From NCBI RefSeq assembly GCF_008079445.1, contig NZ_VRYH01000001.1, forward strand, positions 481,196 to 505,195: a stretch of DNA of 24,000 nucleotides, in the 5' to 3' direction. Positions 7,162-14,425 of the stretch are shown here, in pieces; the stretch's first letter is position 1, and the number at the start of each line of letters is the position of its first letter. Made by a program: the position numbers and the translations under genes. The notes beneath the pieces were generated by a model. That model was not told the DNA's origin. It saw only the letters and a list, made by a program, of their open reading frames with translations, and did no database searches. The stretch is from Aidingimonas lacisalsi (GTDB lineage: Bacteria; Pseudomonadota; Gammaproteobacteria; Pseudomonadales; Halomonadaceae).

Positions 7162-7845
7162 ATGAACGTTTCGACTGGTGAATGGCAAGCCGGAGTTAGA
7201 AGGGACTCGCGAATAGTAAAGCGAAGAACGATCTGGCCGCTGGCATGGCTGTGTTTTTTCATATCTTCGACAACACCGGCGGGCTTTGTCGCTGAGATGG
7301 CAATTGACCCATTCGTGCCTGAAGTTGACGCACCCATGGCTGAGCCTCTGGCATTTTCTCAGCAGCCGGTTATCGATGCGTCCGAATTGGAGGGTATGCG
7401 TGGTGGTTTCAATATCGCGGGATTGGATGTCGATTTCGGAGCCAGATTAAGAACACAAATCGATAATATTCGCTATGAAACCGTGCTTAGCATCACTCAA
7501 GCAGGCACTAGTGTGGTATCGGAAACCTTGAATGATATGGGATTTCAAGCGAATCAGCAATTGATCCGGGTTGGTCAAGGTAGCGGGAGCTCATTGGAAA
7601 ATGTATTGCCAGCCAACGTGGCATTACCGGGATTGAATGAATTCAGTGGCGTCACTCTCAATGATCCCAAGGGTTTTTCGGCAGCACTGCATAACGTCAC
7701 TCGTGATGCTATCATGAGCTCAGTCGTGAGCAACGCATCTGACCGGGATATCCGGCAGTACATGAACCTTGATGTGAAGCTCAATAATGTCAATTCGCTG
7801 CGCGATGCCCAGCAGCGTTCAGTCATCATGAACTCATTGTTCTAG
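7162..7845 (+). CDS. FapE-like secreted protein (paralog of 14426-15214)
   Basis: GGGGA lies 8 nt before the ATG at 7162; in-frame alternatives are 7147 (TTG) and 7156. There is a long n-region signal peptide (..IWPLAWLCFFISSTTPAGFVA|E). It shares the block DASELEGMRGGF..FG with the DDELAGMRGRF..FG block of 14426-15214, and sits after a C39 peptidase gene as that gene does. Confidence 0.55.
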   Translation: MNVSTGEWQAGVRRDSRIVKRRTIWPLAWLCFFISSTTPAGFVAEMAIDPFVPEVDAPMAEPLAFSQQPVIDASELEGMRGGFNIAGLDVDFGARLRTQIDNIRYETVLSITQAGTSVVSETLNDMGFQANQQLIRVGQGSGSSLENVLPANVALPGLNEFSGVTLNDPKGFSAALHNVTRDAIMSSVVSNASDRDIRQYMNLDVKLNNVNSLRDAQQRSVIMNSLF

Positions 7846-7872
7846 ATGGCATGCTCTGATCTCACCTCCTTC

Positions 7873-7901
7873 AGGGCAAGCGAGATATCGCTTGCCCTTT
7901 G
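7873..7901 (+). terminator. rho-independent terminator closing the + strand genes of the divergent module
   Basis: AGGGCAAGCGA (7873-7883), loop GATA, TCGCTTGCCCT (7888-7898) form a perfect 11-bp stem, followed by TTG. The opposite strand has no U-tract. Confidence 0.65.
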
Positions 7902-7961
7902 TCTATGAGTTGCTGGCAATACCGGTCTTGGACTGTCTATTCCAGTTCGGCGTGCCTCCCA

Positions 7962-9035
7962 TTAAAAGACGTTCATGCCAAACGGAATCCGTAGTGTCAA
8001 CATGGTGTCGGGTGCATCATCAGTGACTCCAAGCTCCAGTCCCAGATTGACCGATGTATCCTGTGAAAGCTGATAGGACCAGCCCAGAAGCAGTGAACCG
8101 ACATTCAGGGTGCTGGATTGAGTACTAACACTATTGCCATCATCGTCAGTGAAACGGGTCTTGGTTTTATTGATGAAATCGTTCTTGTACCCAAGTGTGA
8201 ACGACGAACGTTCGTTGATGGAATAAGCCATGCCAAAACTCACACGAACGGCGTCTCCCGGGTCAACTTCACCGACGAAGAGATCACCTACCGGTTCATC
8301 GATATCGTCCTTCATATTGTAAAGATAGCCAAAATTGGCAAAGTAGACGGCCGGGTCCGAGGGAAACAGAAGCGTCAGGCTAGGTTCGATCGAGTGAAAA
8401 CCAGAGCCCGTCGCCAATTCGCGTTCGATGCCGTCCGCATCGCGGCGGATATCGAAAGGTCCCTCGCCGGTCGTCGATTTATATCTGAGATTGCCAATGA
8501 AATATGGCCAGCCATCCTGGCCTCGATTCATTTGATAGTGGGCGGCGATCTCGATATCTCCTAGCCCGTTTCCCGTCAGGCTTCTATCTGTACTGAATCC
8601 TTGTGCATCGGGAACCGTGGCATAGAGTGTGTCGTCGCGGTAGACATAAGGTACTTTCAGCTCCAGTTCCAGCCGGTCGGTGACTCCCAAGCGACCAGTT
8701 ACCGAGGCCGTCATGGTATCTCGGTCGGCGTCTTCGGCTTCGAATACGCCGATCAAAAAGGTACTCAATATTTCGATACCGCGAAATGTGAGCCTATTGA
8801 CGCTGGCATGGGAGTATTGTATTTCCGGTTCGATGACAAGACGCCCTTTGGGAGTAAGAACACCACCGATATCGGGAATGGCCTGAATTTCGGGTTGTTC
8901 TTGCTGAATTTCGGGTGCTTGTCCTACGGGTTGCTGCTCTGCAGAATTCCGGTTATTGGCATCCTGAGCCAGCACTTGACTGGCCAGAAGAAGAAGGCTC
9001 AGCCCGGTCATGCTTGTGAGGATTTTTGAGTTCAT
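7962..9035 (-). CDS. outer-membrane beta-barrel protein, FapF-like (MetA-pathway/phenol-degradation transporter-like family) paralog
   Basis: GGGGAGA RBS before the ATG at 9035. The signal peptide is MNSKILTSMTGLSLLLLASQVLA|QD. Blocks shared with the 15501-16613 product: L.IEP.I.Y, G.T[DE]RLE.EL..P..YR, GLGDI, DPA..FAN.GY.YN, NER.S, G[VL]TDDA.D. The C-terminal Phe (..GMNVF) is typical of an OMP beta-signal. Confidence 0.75.
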   Translation of the reverse strand: MNSKILTSMTGLSLLLLASQVLAQDANNRNSAEQQPVGQAPEIQQEQPEIQAIPDIGGVLTPKGRLVIEPEIQYSHASVNRLTFRGIEILSTFLIGVFEAEDADRDTMTASVTGRLGVTDRLELELKVPYVYRDDTLYATVPDAQGFSTDRSLTGNGLGDIEIAAHYQMNRGQDGWPYFIGNLRYKSTTGEGPFDIRRDADGIERELATGSGFHSIEPSLTLLFPSDPAVYFANFGYLYNMKDDIDEPVGDLFVGEVDPGDAVRVSFGMAYSINERSSFTLGYKNDFINKTKTRFTDDDGNSVSTQSSTLNVGSLLLGWSYQLSQDTSVNLGLELGVTDDAPDTMLTLRIPFGMNVF

Positions 9036-9122
9036 GTCGTTGTCTCCCCTGAGACCCCTTGTTGAATGTTGAATGATGCATGACATTATTACGTTGTCGG
9101 CCTGGCGATGGTCCTCCTATGC

Positions 9123-10550
9123 TCAATGCTTTCGGGAGCTCGAGTCCTTCAGCGGGGATAAAGGAAATACCGTCACACCGTTGAGAGTTTTTCGGTGCCA
9201 CTCGATACGATGCTTCTCCAATAATCGGTAAAGAGTGATTCTGGAAATCCCTAGTTCGCGAGCCGTAGGTACGATCTTGTAGTTATGCCGTTGCAATGCT
9301 GCCTCTACAACGGCAATTTCAGCATTATCGCGAGCGGCTTCCAGAGTGGCGGCAATGGGTTTTCCCTCAATCAATCGGCCTTCAAGGCCTAGATCCTCTG
9401 GCTCGATCAGGTGGTGTTCACACATCACCATTGCGCGCCGGATACGATTGATGAGTTCACGGACATTACCCGGCCAATCGTGCTGGGCAATCGCCTCGAG
9501 GGCGTTCTCGCTGAACCCGTGAACGCCAGCAGCTTTCTCTGGGCTAAACTCGCGAAAGAATCCTTGAGCCATGGTTTCCAGGTCTTCCCGCCGTTCGCGC
9601 AGTGGTGGAATATCCAACTGGATGACGTTGAGGCGATGATAGAGATCTTCTCGAAACCGGTGAGCCTTGATCGCGGTGAGCAGGTCAACATGAGTGGCGG
9701 AAATGATGCGTGTATCGACCATGACTTCCTGGACGCTACCAAGGCGCCGTATCCGATGGTCTTCCAGAAAGCGAAGCAGGTTGACTTGCAAGTCGCGTGG
9801 GAGATCACCGATCTCATCCAGAAACAGCGTGCCACCATCGGCACTTTCAAGTCGTCCGATACGGCGACAGTGCGCATCAGTGAATGCGCCTTTCTCATGT
9901 CCAAAAAGCTCAGCTTGAATGAGCTGGGCCGGTAAAGCGCCACAATTGATGGTGATGAAAGGTTTGTCGGCTCTGGCTGACATGGCGTGGATGGTACGAG
10001 CGACCAGTTCTTTGCCCGTACCGGATTCACCGATGATCATCACTGGTGCATGAATGATTGCCACTTTATGGATACTTTGCAGAACTCGTCTCATGCTGGG
10101 AGCAGAGCCGTAAAAGGGGGGGGCGGCATGCTGAAGGTAGTGAAGTACTCGCGTAGATGATGCTGATCTGGCAGTACGTTTCATCGATGCTGCATGGTTA
10201 AGAAGAACACAAAGGGCCTTTCCATTGCCAGGAAGTATATGGTAAGCATAAAAAAGTGTTTTTATTATCAATCTATTATTTTCATTTCTTAGATAATCAT
10301 TGTCTATTAAGGCAATCCATTCTATGCAGCTAGCATCTATCAATTCCTCAATGTCTCTGTATCCTGATTCACACAAAGATCCCATATCGATGATACCAAT
10401 ATCGAAATGATTGGCTATCAATCGGTCCGATGGCATAGTGATACGAGGATAGTGACTGACCTCAAAGAGCTTCAGTGCCGTATCGACAAGGATGAGACGG
10501 TTGGCCTCAATACGATTCCCAACATAAAGTAATCTCTTCAATGCATGCAT
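9123..10550 (-). CDS. sigma-54-dependent enhancer-binding protein (VpsR-like architecture), variant GAFTDA loop
   Basis: Walker [15 protein letters not shown] (9873-9890), Walker [10 protein letters not shown], and a C-terminal Fis-type HTH (ELGISRITLYRLLEKH). The N-terminal ~120 aa are receiver-like and lack the N-terminal acidic pair. Clear paralog of 16673-18037 (shared KRLL[YF]VG, EW[IV]AL[IV]D, LFYAYH.LP). Confidence 0.85.
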   Translation of the reverse strand: MHALKRLLYVGNRIEANRLILVDTALKLFEVSHYPRITMPSDRLIANHFDIGIIDMGSLCESGYRDIEELIDASCIEWIALIDNDYLRNENNRLIIKTLFYAYHILPGNGKALCVLLNHAASMKRTARSASSTRVLHYLQHAAPPFYGSAPSMRRVLQSIHKVAIIHAPVMIIGESGTGKELVARTIHAMSARADKPFITINCGALPAQLIQAELFGHEKGAFTDAHCRRIGRLESADGGTLFLDEIGDLPRDLQVNLLRFLEDHRIRRLGSVQEVMVDTRIISATHVDLLTAIKAHRFREDLYHRLNVIQLDIPPLRERREDLETMAQGFFREFSPEKAAGVHGFSENALEAIAQHDWPGNVRELINRIRRAMVMCEHHLIEPEDLGLEGRLIEGKPIAATLEAARDNAEIAVVEAALQRHNYKIVPTARELGISRITLYRLLEKHRIEWHRKTLNGVTVFPLSPLKDSSSRKH

Positions 10551-11291
10551 GAGCCCCCCTTATGGCATTGAAAAGCTTAACCTTCACAATGAGTGTGATC
10601 AGGTCTAGGCATTGTCTGAAAAGTGCCTTCGCTTACCCATACGGCGTTAAAAATCGGCTCAAGATGCCAATTTACAACGTGTAAACTCCGCGCTTTCGCC
10701 GATTTTTTGCCTTGTCTGTCCTTCGCTCGCCGACTTTTCAGACAGCGCCTAGTTCTGTGTTTTATGTCGTTTTCCAATTTATGGAAAGCGGTTGGTAATA
10801 TCGGATTTCATTGATGCGATAGTAATACTGGTTACCCAGTCATCTTTTGTAAAGTTTTGTTTTATGGGATTTTAGTATGGTTTATGGACCAACAATTTCA
10901 TTGAATTAAAATGGTAGGGTGTTTTCATTGAAAAAATGACCAAAATTGATGATTTATTATTATTCTGAGCCACTAATTTTCATCAGGAATATGTATATCT
11001 TAATAAAGGAATATACGAAAATACAGAAGGGAAATTGGATATACACAAGAGAGAATTTTGATAACCTGTTGAATATCAAATAGTTACATTACTTTTCGTG
11101 CGATCCCGATCGTTTTTGTATCAAAAATGTTTCACTCTCTTTCCATAAGGCTGCAGACCCTGTCATAGAAGGTTTCTTTTCCTATTGTTTAATTTACATT
11201 CGGCAACAATATGAGCGGATGTCTCATCAGCTATACACTCTCCTTCTCGTTGATTCTATTTAAAATGCATTAAAATCAATAAGATAAAAGT
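10551..11291. promoter_or_regulatory. ~740-bp AT-rich divergent control region between the EBP gene and the fap operon
   Basis: No credible ORF. The region is very AT-rich from about 10800. It contains TTTCATTGA three times (10806, 10896, 10923), the dyad TCATT-N5-AATGA (10925-10939) and TTTATGG repeats 20 bp apart (10861, 10881). Confidence 0.5.
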
Positions 11292-11307
11292 TGGCATGGC
11301 AATTGCT
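11292..11307 (+). promoter_or_regulatory. sigma-54 (-24/-12) promoter of the fap operon
   Basis: TGGCAT-GGCAA-TTGCT has one mismatch to TGGCAC-N5-TTGCW, with exact GG-N10-GC spacing (GG 11293-11294, GC 11305-11306). It lies ~35 nt upstream of the RBS-supported ATG at 11341. Confidence 0.7.
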
Positions 11308-11340
11308 CAGTGTTATGTGACGACACTGAGGATAGAGATC

Positions 11341-11844
11341 ATGAACGGCTTTACACACTCCACATCGGTTTTACCGCTCAGGCCAATCGCAACGCGCTGC
11401 CAGTATATCGCGACTGCATTGATCCTGGCGTGGGGACCGGCTGTCAGCTGGGCAGGGGAGTTGCAGGGAGATAACGACACCATAGCCGTTGCCTACACCA
11501 CGGTCTCGCATCAGTCATCGTCATATAGCAATAACAACCACCATGGTTTGGCCGATCATGTCGCTTTCGAAAGTGGCAATGACTTCGGGGGTAACGGCGG
11601 AGAAAGCTTGCCCGGCACATTCAGGTCACTGGAGATGAACACAACCATTGATAGTGACACCTTGAGCCAGGTGCGCGGCCGTTACACCCCGTCTTCCGAG
11701 CTCGAAAAAGGCACGGCTGACGGCGTCATTCTTTGGGATGAAGGCCATGTCGGCAAAGGTGGTGGTTCGAGCAAGGGATCCAATCACTCCATGGGTCAGG
11801 GAAATATCCAGAACAACTCCATTACGACCCAGAGTAAAAGGTGA
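11341..11844 (+). CDS. small secreted, largely low-complexity protein in the FapA position
   Basis: GAGGA lies 8 nt before the ATG at 11341; the ORF-track ATG at 11296 sits inside the sigma-54 promoter. The signal peptide is ..YIATALILAWGPAVSWA|GE. The mature part is S/N/G-rich. The assignment rests on gene order only. Its stop overlaps the next start (GTGA). Confidence 0.45.
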   Translation: MNGFTHSTSVLPLRPIATRCQYIATALILAWGPAVSWAGELQGDNDTIAVAYTTVSHQSSSYSNNNHHGLADHVAFESGNDFGGNGGESLPGTFRSLEMNTTIDSDTLSQVRGRYTPSSELEKGTADGVILWDEGHVGKGGGSSKGSNHSMGQGNIQNNSITTQSKR

Positions 11845-12527
11845 GCGTCATGGCTGGAAACACAATCTTTGGAAACGAAATATCAAACAAAACTGGCCGT
11901 TTGCGGAGAGTGTTACTGGCAATGTCACCGCTGGTTTTCATGACGTTCGTAATGAATAACGCATCAGGAGATGACGGGGTCTTCAGGCATCTACCGCAGG
12001 CGAATAGCAGTGTCATCAGTGGTGAAGCGTTGAGTGGAGTACGGGGTGTAGTTACCACCAATAGTGCAGCGGGAACCAACAATCTTCAGAGTAATTCGGG
12101 AGCGATTTCCATCGGTGATACCGCTTCCGTGAGTAACCATATCATTCAGCAATCCACACTGGACAAAGGCTCCGTTCCTGGCCGAGACAACGTCTCGATC
12201 GAGGGTCGAGCATTCAGCCATGCCAAAGGCTGGATTTCGACCAATCAGGCGGCGGGGCAAGCGAATGTGCAGGGCAATGCAGTCAGCATGGCTCTGGGCA
12301 TCAGGGGCAGTGCACTGAGCGAGAGCAGTATGGGTCAGGTGCTGTCCGATCAGCAGGGACTGACGGCCGATCTGGTTAGTTCCGATTCCTCGAAGCGTAA
12401 GGTCACGATCGACAAGACAGCCTTCTCGGGGGCGGCAGGAATTATCCAGACGAACCAGTCAGCCGGAAACGGCAATACCACCAGTAACAGCTTCAGTCTC
12501 CGTGTGGGGCCTGGGGGCGGTGAGTAG
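11841..12527 (+). CDS. fapB: FapB-like amyloid subunit/nucleator with three Fap-type repeats
   Basis: Signal peptide ..RRVLLAMSPLVFMTFVMNNASG|DD. It has three ~34-aa imperfect repeats (see the repeat feature) and ends GPGGGE, like the FapC-like protein (GTGGGSE). Start is GTG 11841 (coupled) or ATG 11850 (AGGTGA RBS). Confidence 0.7.
   Translation: MSVMAGNTIFGNEISNKTGRLRRVLLAMSPLVFMTFVMNNASGDDGVFRHLPQANSSVISGEALSGVRGVVTTNSAAGTNNLQSNSGAISIGDTASVSNHIIQQSTLDKGSVPGRDNVSIEGRAFSHAKGWISTNQAAGQANVQGNAVSMALGIRGSALSESSMGQVLSDQQGLTADLVSSDSSKRKVTIDKTAFSGAAGIIQTNQSAGNGNTTSNSFSLRVGPGGGE
12015..12509 (+). repeat. three imperfect Fap-type protein repeats in the FapB-like CDS
   Basis: R1 12015-12116 ISGEALSGVRGVVTTNSAAGTNNLQSNSGAISIG. 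R2 12198-12299 IEGRAFSHAKGWISTNQAAGQANVQGNAVSMALG. R3 12408-12509 IDKTAFSGAAGIIQTNQSAGNGNTTSNSFSLRVG. Confidence 0.8.
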
Positions 12528-12576
12528 TCTGCCGGAATAAACAACGTTGAACCAAGGTTCATTCAGGAGAAAGATC

Positions 12577-13578
12577 ATGAAAACATTGACGAAAACTCCG
12601 CTGGCACTGGCTATCGCTACCTTGATGATGGCGCCCTATGCGATGGCGGATGGGTATAACGGTGGTTTCGATACCGATAGTGAAATCGACTCTGAGTTCA
12701 GTAATGAAGTCGAAGTCGAAATCGAGCATGAAGCGGAAACCGATAAGAAGATCAAGGTATGGGGCGGCGCCCTGATACTGGATCCCAACTACGCGGGTGC
12801 CACGGTCGATAGCAAGCAATTGTCGGAAGACAATTTCGTGCTCAACGACCTGGTGGAAAACGATGCGCGAGTAGGCGGTGATGCCGGTCGAAATGCCAGC
12901 GGCAATATCGGCATCAACAGTGCGGCCGGCGACAACAACCAACAGGCCAATGATGCGGCCTTGGCGGCATCCGACGCGAATACGGTATTCGCCCAGTCGG
13001 CCGCATTCTCGGTACAGTCCTCTGACGACAACACGGTGGTCAACAAGGGTACCGATAACGATGCCGGCGCAGGTGGCAATGCGCTGCGCGGCGCCACAGG
13101 CAATATCGGTCTCAACAGTGCCGCCGGGGTCGGTAACGCCCAGCAGAACAGCTTGTCGGCGTCCGTCAACACCAGCAATGGATCAGCCGATGCCACATCG
13201 GCCGGCGTGCAATCGACCAGCGATAACACCAGCTTCAATGGACCCGGGGAAATCGAGACCACGGAAACCTCTCAATATAATGGCGTAGCAGCCATTGCGG
13301 GAGCGTCTGCCGAAGCTGGTGCAGGTGCAAGCGTTGGTTATGGACTGAAAGTCGGTGCCGGTGCAGAAGCCAGCGCTGGGGCGCTTGCGGCGGCTGTCTC
13401 CGGTAGTGAGACCGTCACCACCACGGTCTCTCGGATGCAGACCAACGATGCCAAGCTGAACGGTAACGCGCTCCGCGATGCTTCGGGCAATATCGGGGTC
13501 AACGTGGCTGCCGGCAACAACAACATGCAGCGTAACTCGCTCTCCATTGCCGCCGGAACGGGTGGTGGTTCTGAGTGA
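12577..13578 (+). CDS. fapC: FapC-like major functional-amyloid subunit
   Basis: AGGAGA RBS 6 nt before the ATG at 12577. The signal peptide is MKTLTKTPLALAIATLMMAPYAMA|DG. It has three N/Q/G/A-rich repeats separated by linkers of unequal length, and is the third gene of a fapABCDEF-ordered cluster. Confidence 0.75.
   Translation: MKTLTKTPLALAIATLMMAPYAMADGYNGGFDTDSEIDSEFSNEVEVEIEHEAETDKKIKVWGGALILDPNYAGATVDSKQLSEDNFVLNDLVENDARVGGDAGRNASGNIGINSAAGDNNQQANDAALAASDANTVFAQSAAFSVQSSDDNTVVNKGTDNDAGAGGNALRGATGNIGLNSAAGVGNAQQNSLSASVNTSNGSADATSAGVQSTSDNTSFNGPGEIETTETSQYNGVAAIAGASAEAGAGASVGYGLKVGAGAEASAGALAAAVSGSETVTTTVSRMQTNDAKLNGNALRDASGNIGVNVAAGNNNMQRNSLSIAAGTGGGSE
12874..13554 (+). repeat. three imperfect Fap-type protein repeats in the FapC-like CDS
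   Basis: R1 12874-12972 GGDAGRNASGNIGINSAAGDNNQQANDAALAAS. R2 13072-13167 GGNALRGATGNIGLNSAAGVGNAQQNSLSASV. R3 13456-13554 LNGNALRDASGNIGVNVAAGNNNMQRNSLSIAA. Confidence 0.85.
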
Positions 13579-13599
13579 CCGCGGCTAGTCGGTGATGTG

Positions 13600-13627
13600 A
13601 ACCGGCCCCGGATGGGGCCGGTTTTCC
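13600..13627 (+). terminator. intra-operon hairpin attenuator/terminator after fapC
   Basis: AACCGGCCCC (13600-13609), loop GGAT, GGGGCCGGTT (13614-13623) form a perfect 10-bp stem running into TTTT. It lies between the fapC stop (13578) and the fapD start (13656). Confidence 0.65.
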
Positions 13628-13655
13628 ACTCCAACGAGCCTGTGGGAGAGCACTG

Positions 13656-14372
13656 ATGTTTCCTTCGATAATGACTCGCATGTTGTCTGTTCTGGTTGGC
13701 GCTGGCTGCCTGCTGGCAGCGGGAATATCCGATGTCCAGGCGGCCAACGTGCGTCTGGGCAATGTGGTATCGGGTACCGTGATCAACAAGGATGTGCAGT
13801 CGATGCGCGAGCGGAAGTTCGACACCCTGGTGGAACAGGAAACGGATTTCTCCTGTGGCGCCGCCTCGCTGGCGACTCTGCTTCGTTACGCCTATGGCAA
13901 GCCGGAAGTCACTGAAAATGACGTGCTTGAGGGAATGCTTGAAATCGCCGATCCCGAGGTGGTGATGGAGCGCGGCTTTTCCCTGCTCGACCTCAAGAAT
14001 TATGTCGATAGCCTGGGATATCGTGGCCGCGGTTACGAAGTCGACACCGAGACGCTGGACGAGGTGGCGATTCCCGTTATCGTGCTGCTCGATATCGATG
14101 GCTACAAACATTTCGTGGTGATGAAGAAAGCCAGTGATGACCGGGTCTATGTCGGCGATCCGGCGTTGGGCAATCGGGTCATGGAGCGCGATGCCTTCCT
14201 CGAAGCCTGGAACAACATCATCTTTGCCGTGGTAGGCGAAGGGTTCGATACGCAGACACCTCTACTCGATCCGGATCAACCGCTGACGGCGCGACGGCTG
14301 ACCGATGTGTTTGCCCCGGTTCCCGAACAGGATCTTCTCGATTTCGGATTTCGCCATGCCGACTTCTTCTGA
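13656..14372 (+). CDS. fapD: periplasmic C39-family cysteine peptidase FapD
   Basis: Signal peptide ..LLAAGISDVQA|AN. The Cys context is TDFSCGAASLATLLRY, the His context is DGYKHFVVMKK, and the Asp context is VGDPALG. There are no ABC-transporter domains. Fourth gene of the cluster. Confidence 0.85.
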   Translation: MFPSIMTRMLSVLVGAGCLLAAGISDVQAANVRLGNVVSGTVINKDVQSMRERKFDTLVEQETDFSCGAASLATLLRYAYGKPEVTENDVLEGMLEIADPEVVMERGFSLLDLKNYVDSLGYRGRGYEVDTETLDEVAIPVIVLLDIDGYKHFVVMKKASDDRVYVGDPALGNRVMERDAFLEAWNNIIFAVVGEGFDTQTPLLDPDQPLTARRLTDVFAPVPEQDLLDFGFRHADFF

Positions 14373-14425
14373 GCGAGGTGCCTGCGGATAACGACATCAA
14401 CAAGGGCGCATTCAAGGGGGTAAAT

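Noticed and set aside
10577-10814. Two overlapping 63-66 aa ORFs in the long intergenic region.
   Set aside because: They are Arg/Lys/Cys-rich and show no coding-like periodicity, RBS or domain signature. The region is better explained as regulatory DNA.
11074-11086. IHF-like site TATCAAATAGTTA (WATCAANNNNTTR).
   Set aside because: It lies ~205 bp upstream of the sigma-54 promoter, in ~30% GC DNA where such matches arise by chance. It is worth testing but not supportable from sequence alone.
11296-11340. ATG at 11296 as the start of the first fap-cluster gene.
   Set aside because: It lies inside the -24/-12 sigma-54 promoter element and would not be transcribed from it. The ATG at 11341 has a GAGGA RBS and still yields a signal peptide.
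11841-13578. The N/Q-rich repeat proteins as curli CsgB/CsgA.
   Set aside because: The repeat length (~33 aa against ~22 aa) and consensus differ. No csgEFG-like genes are present. The neighbouring C39 peptidase and FapF-like barrel fit the Fap system.
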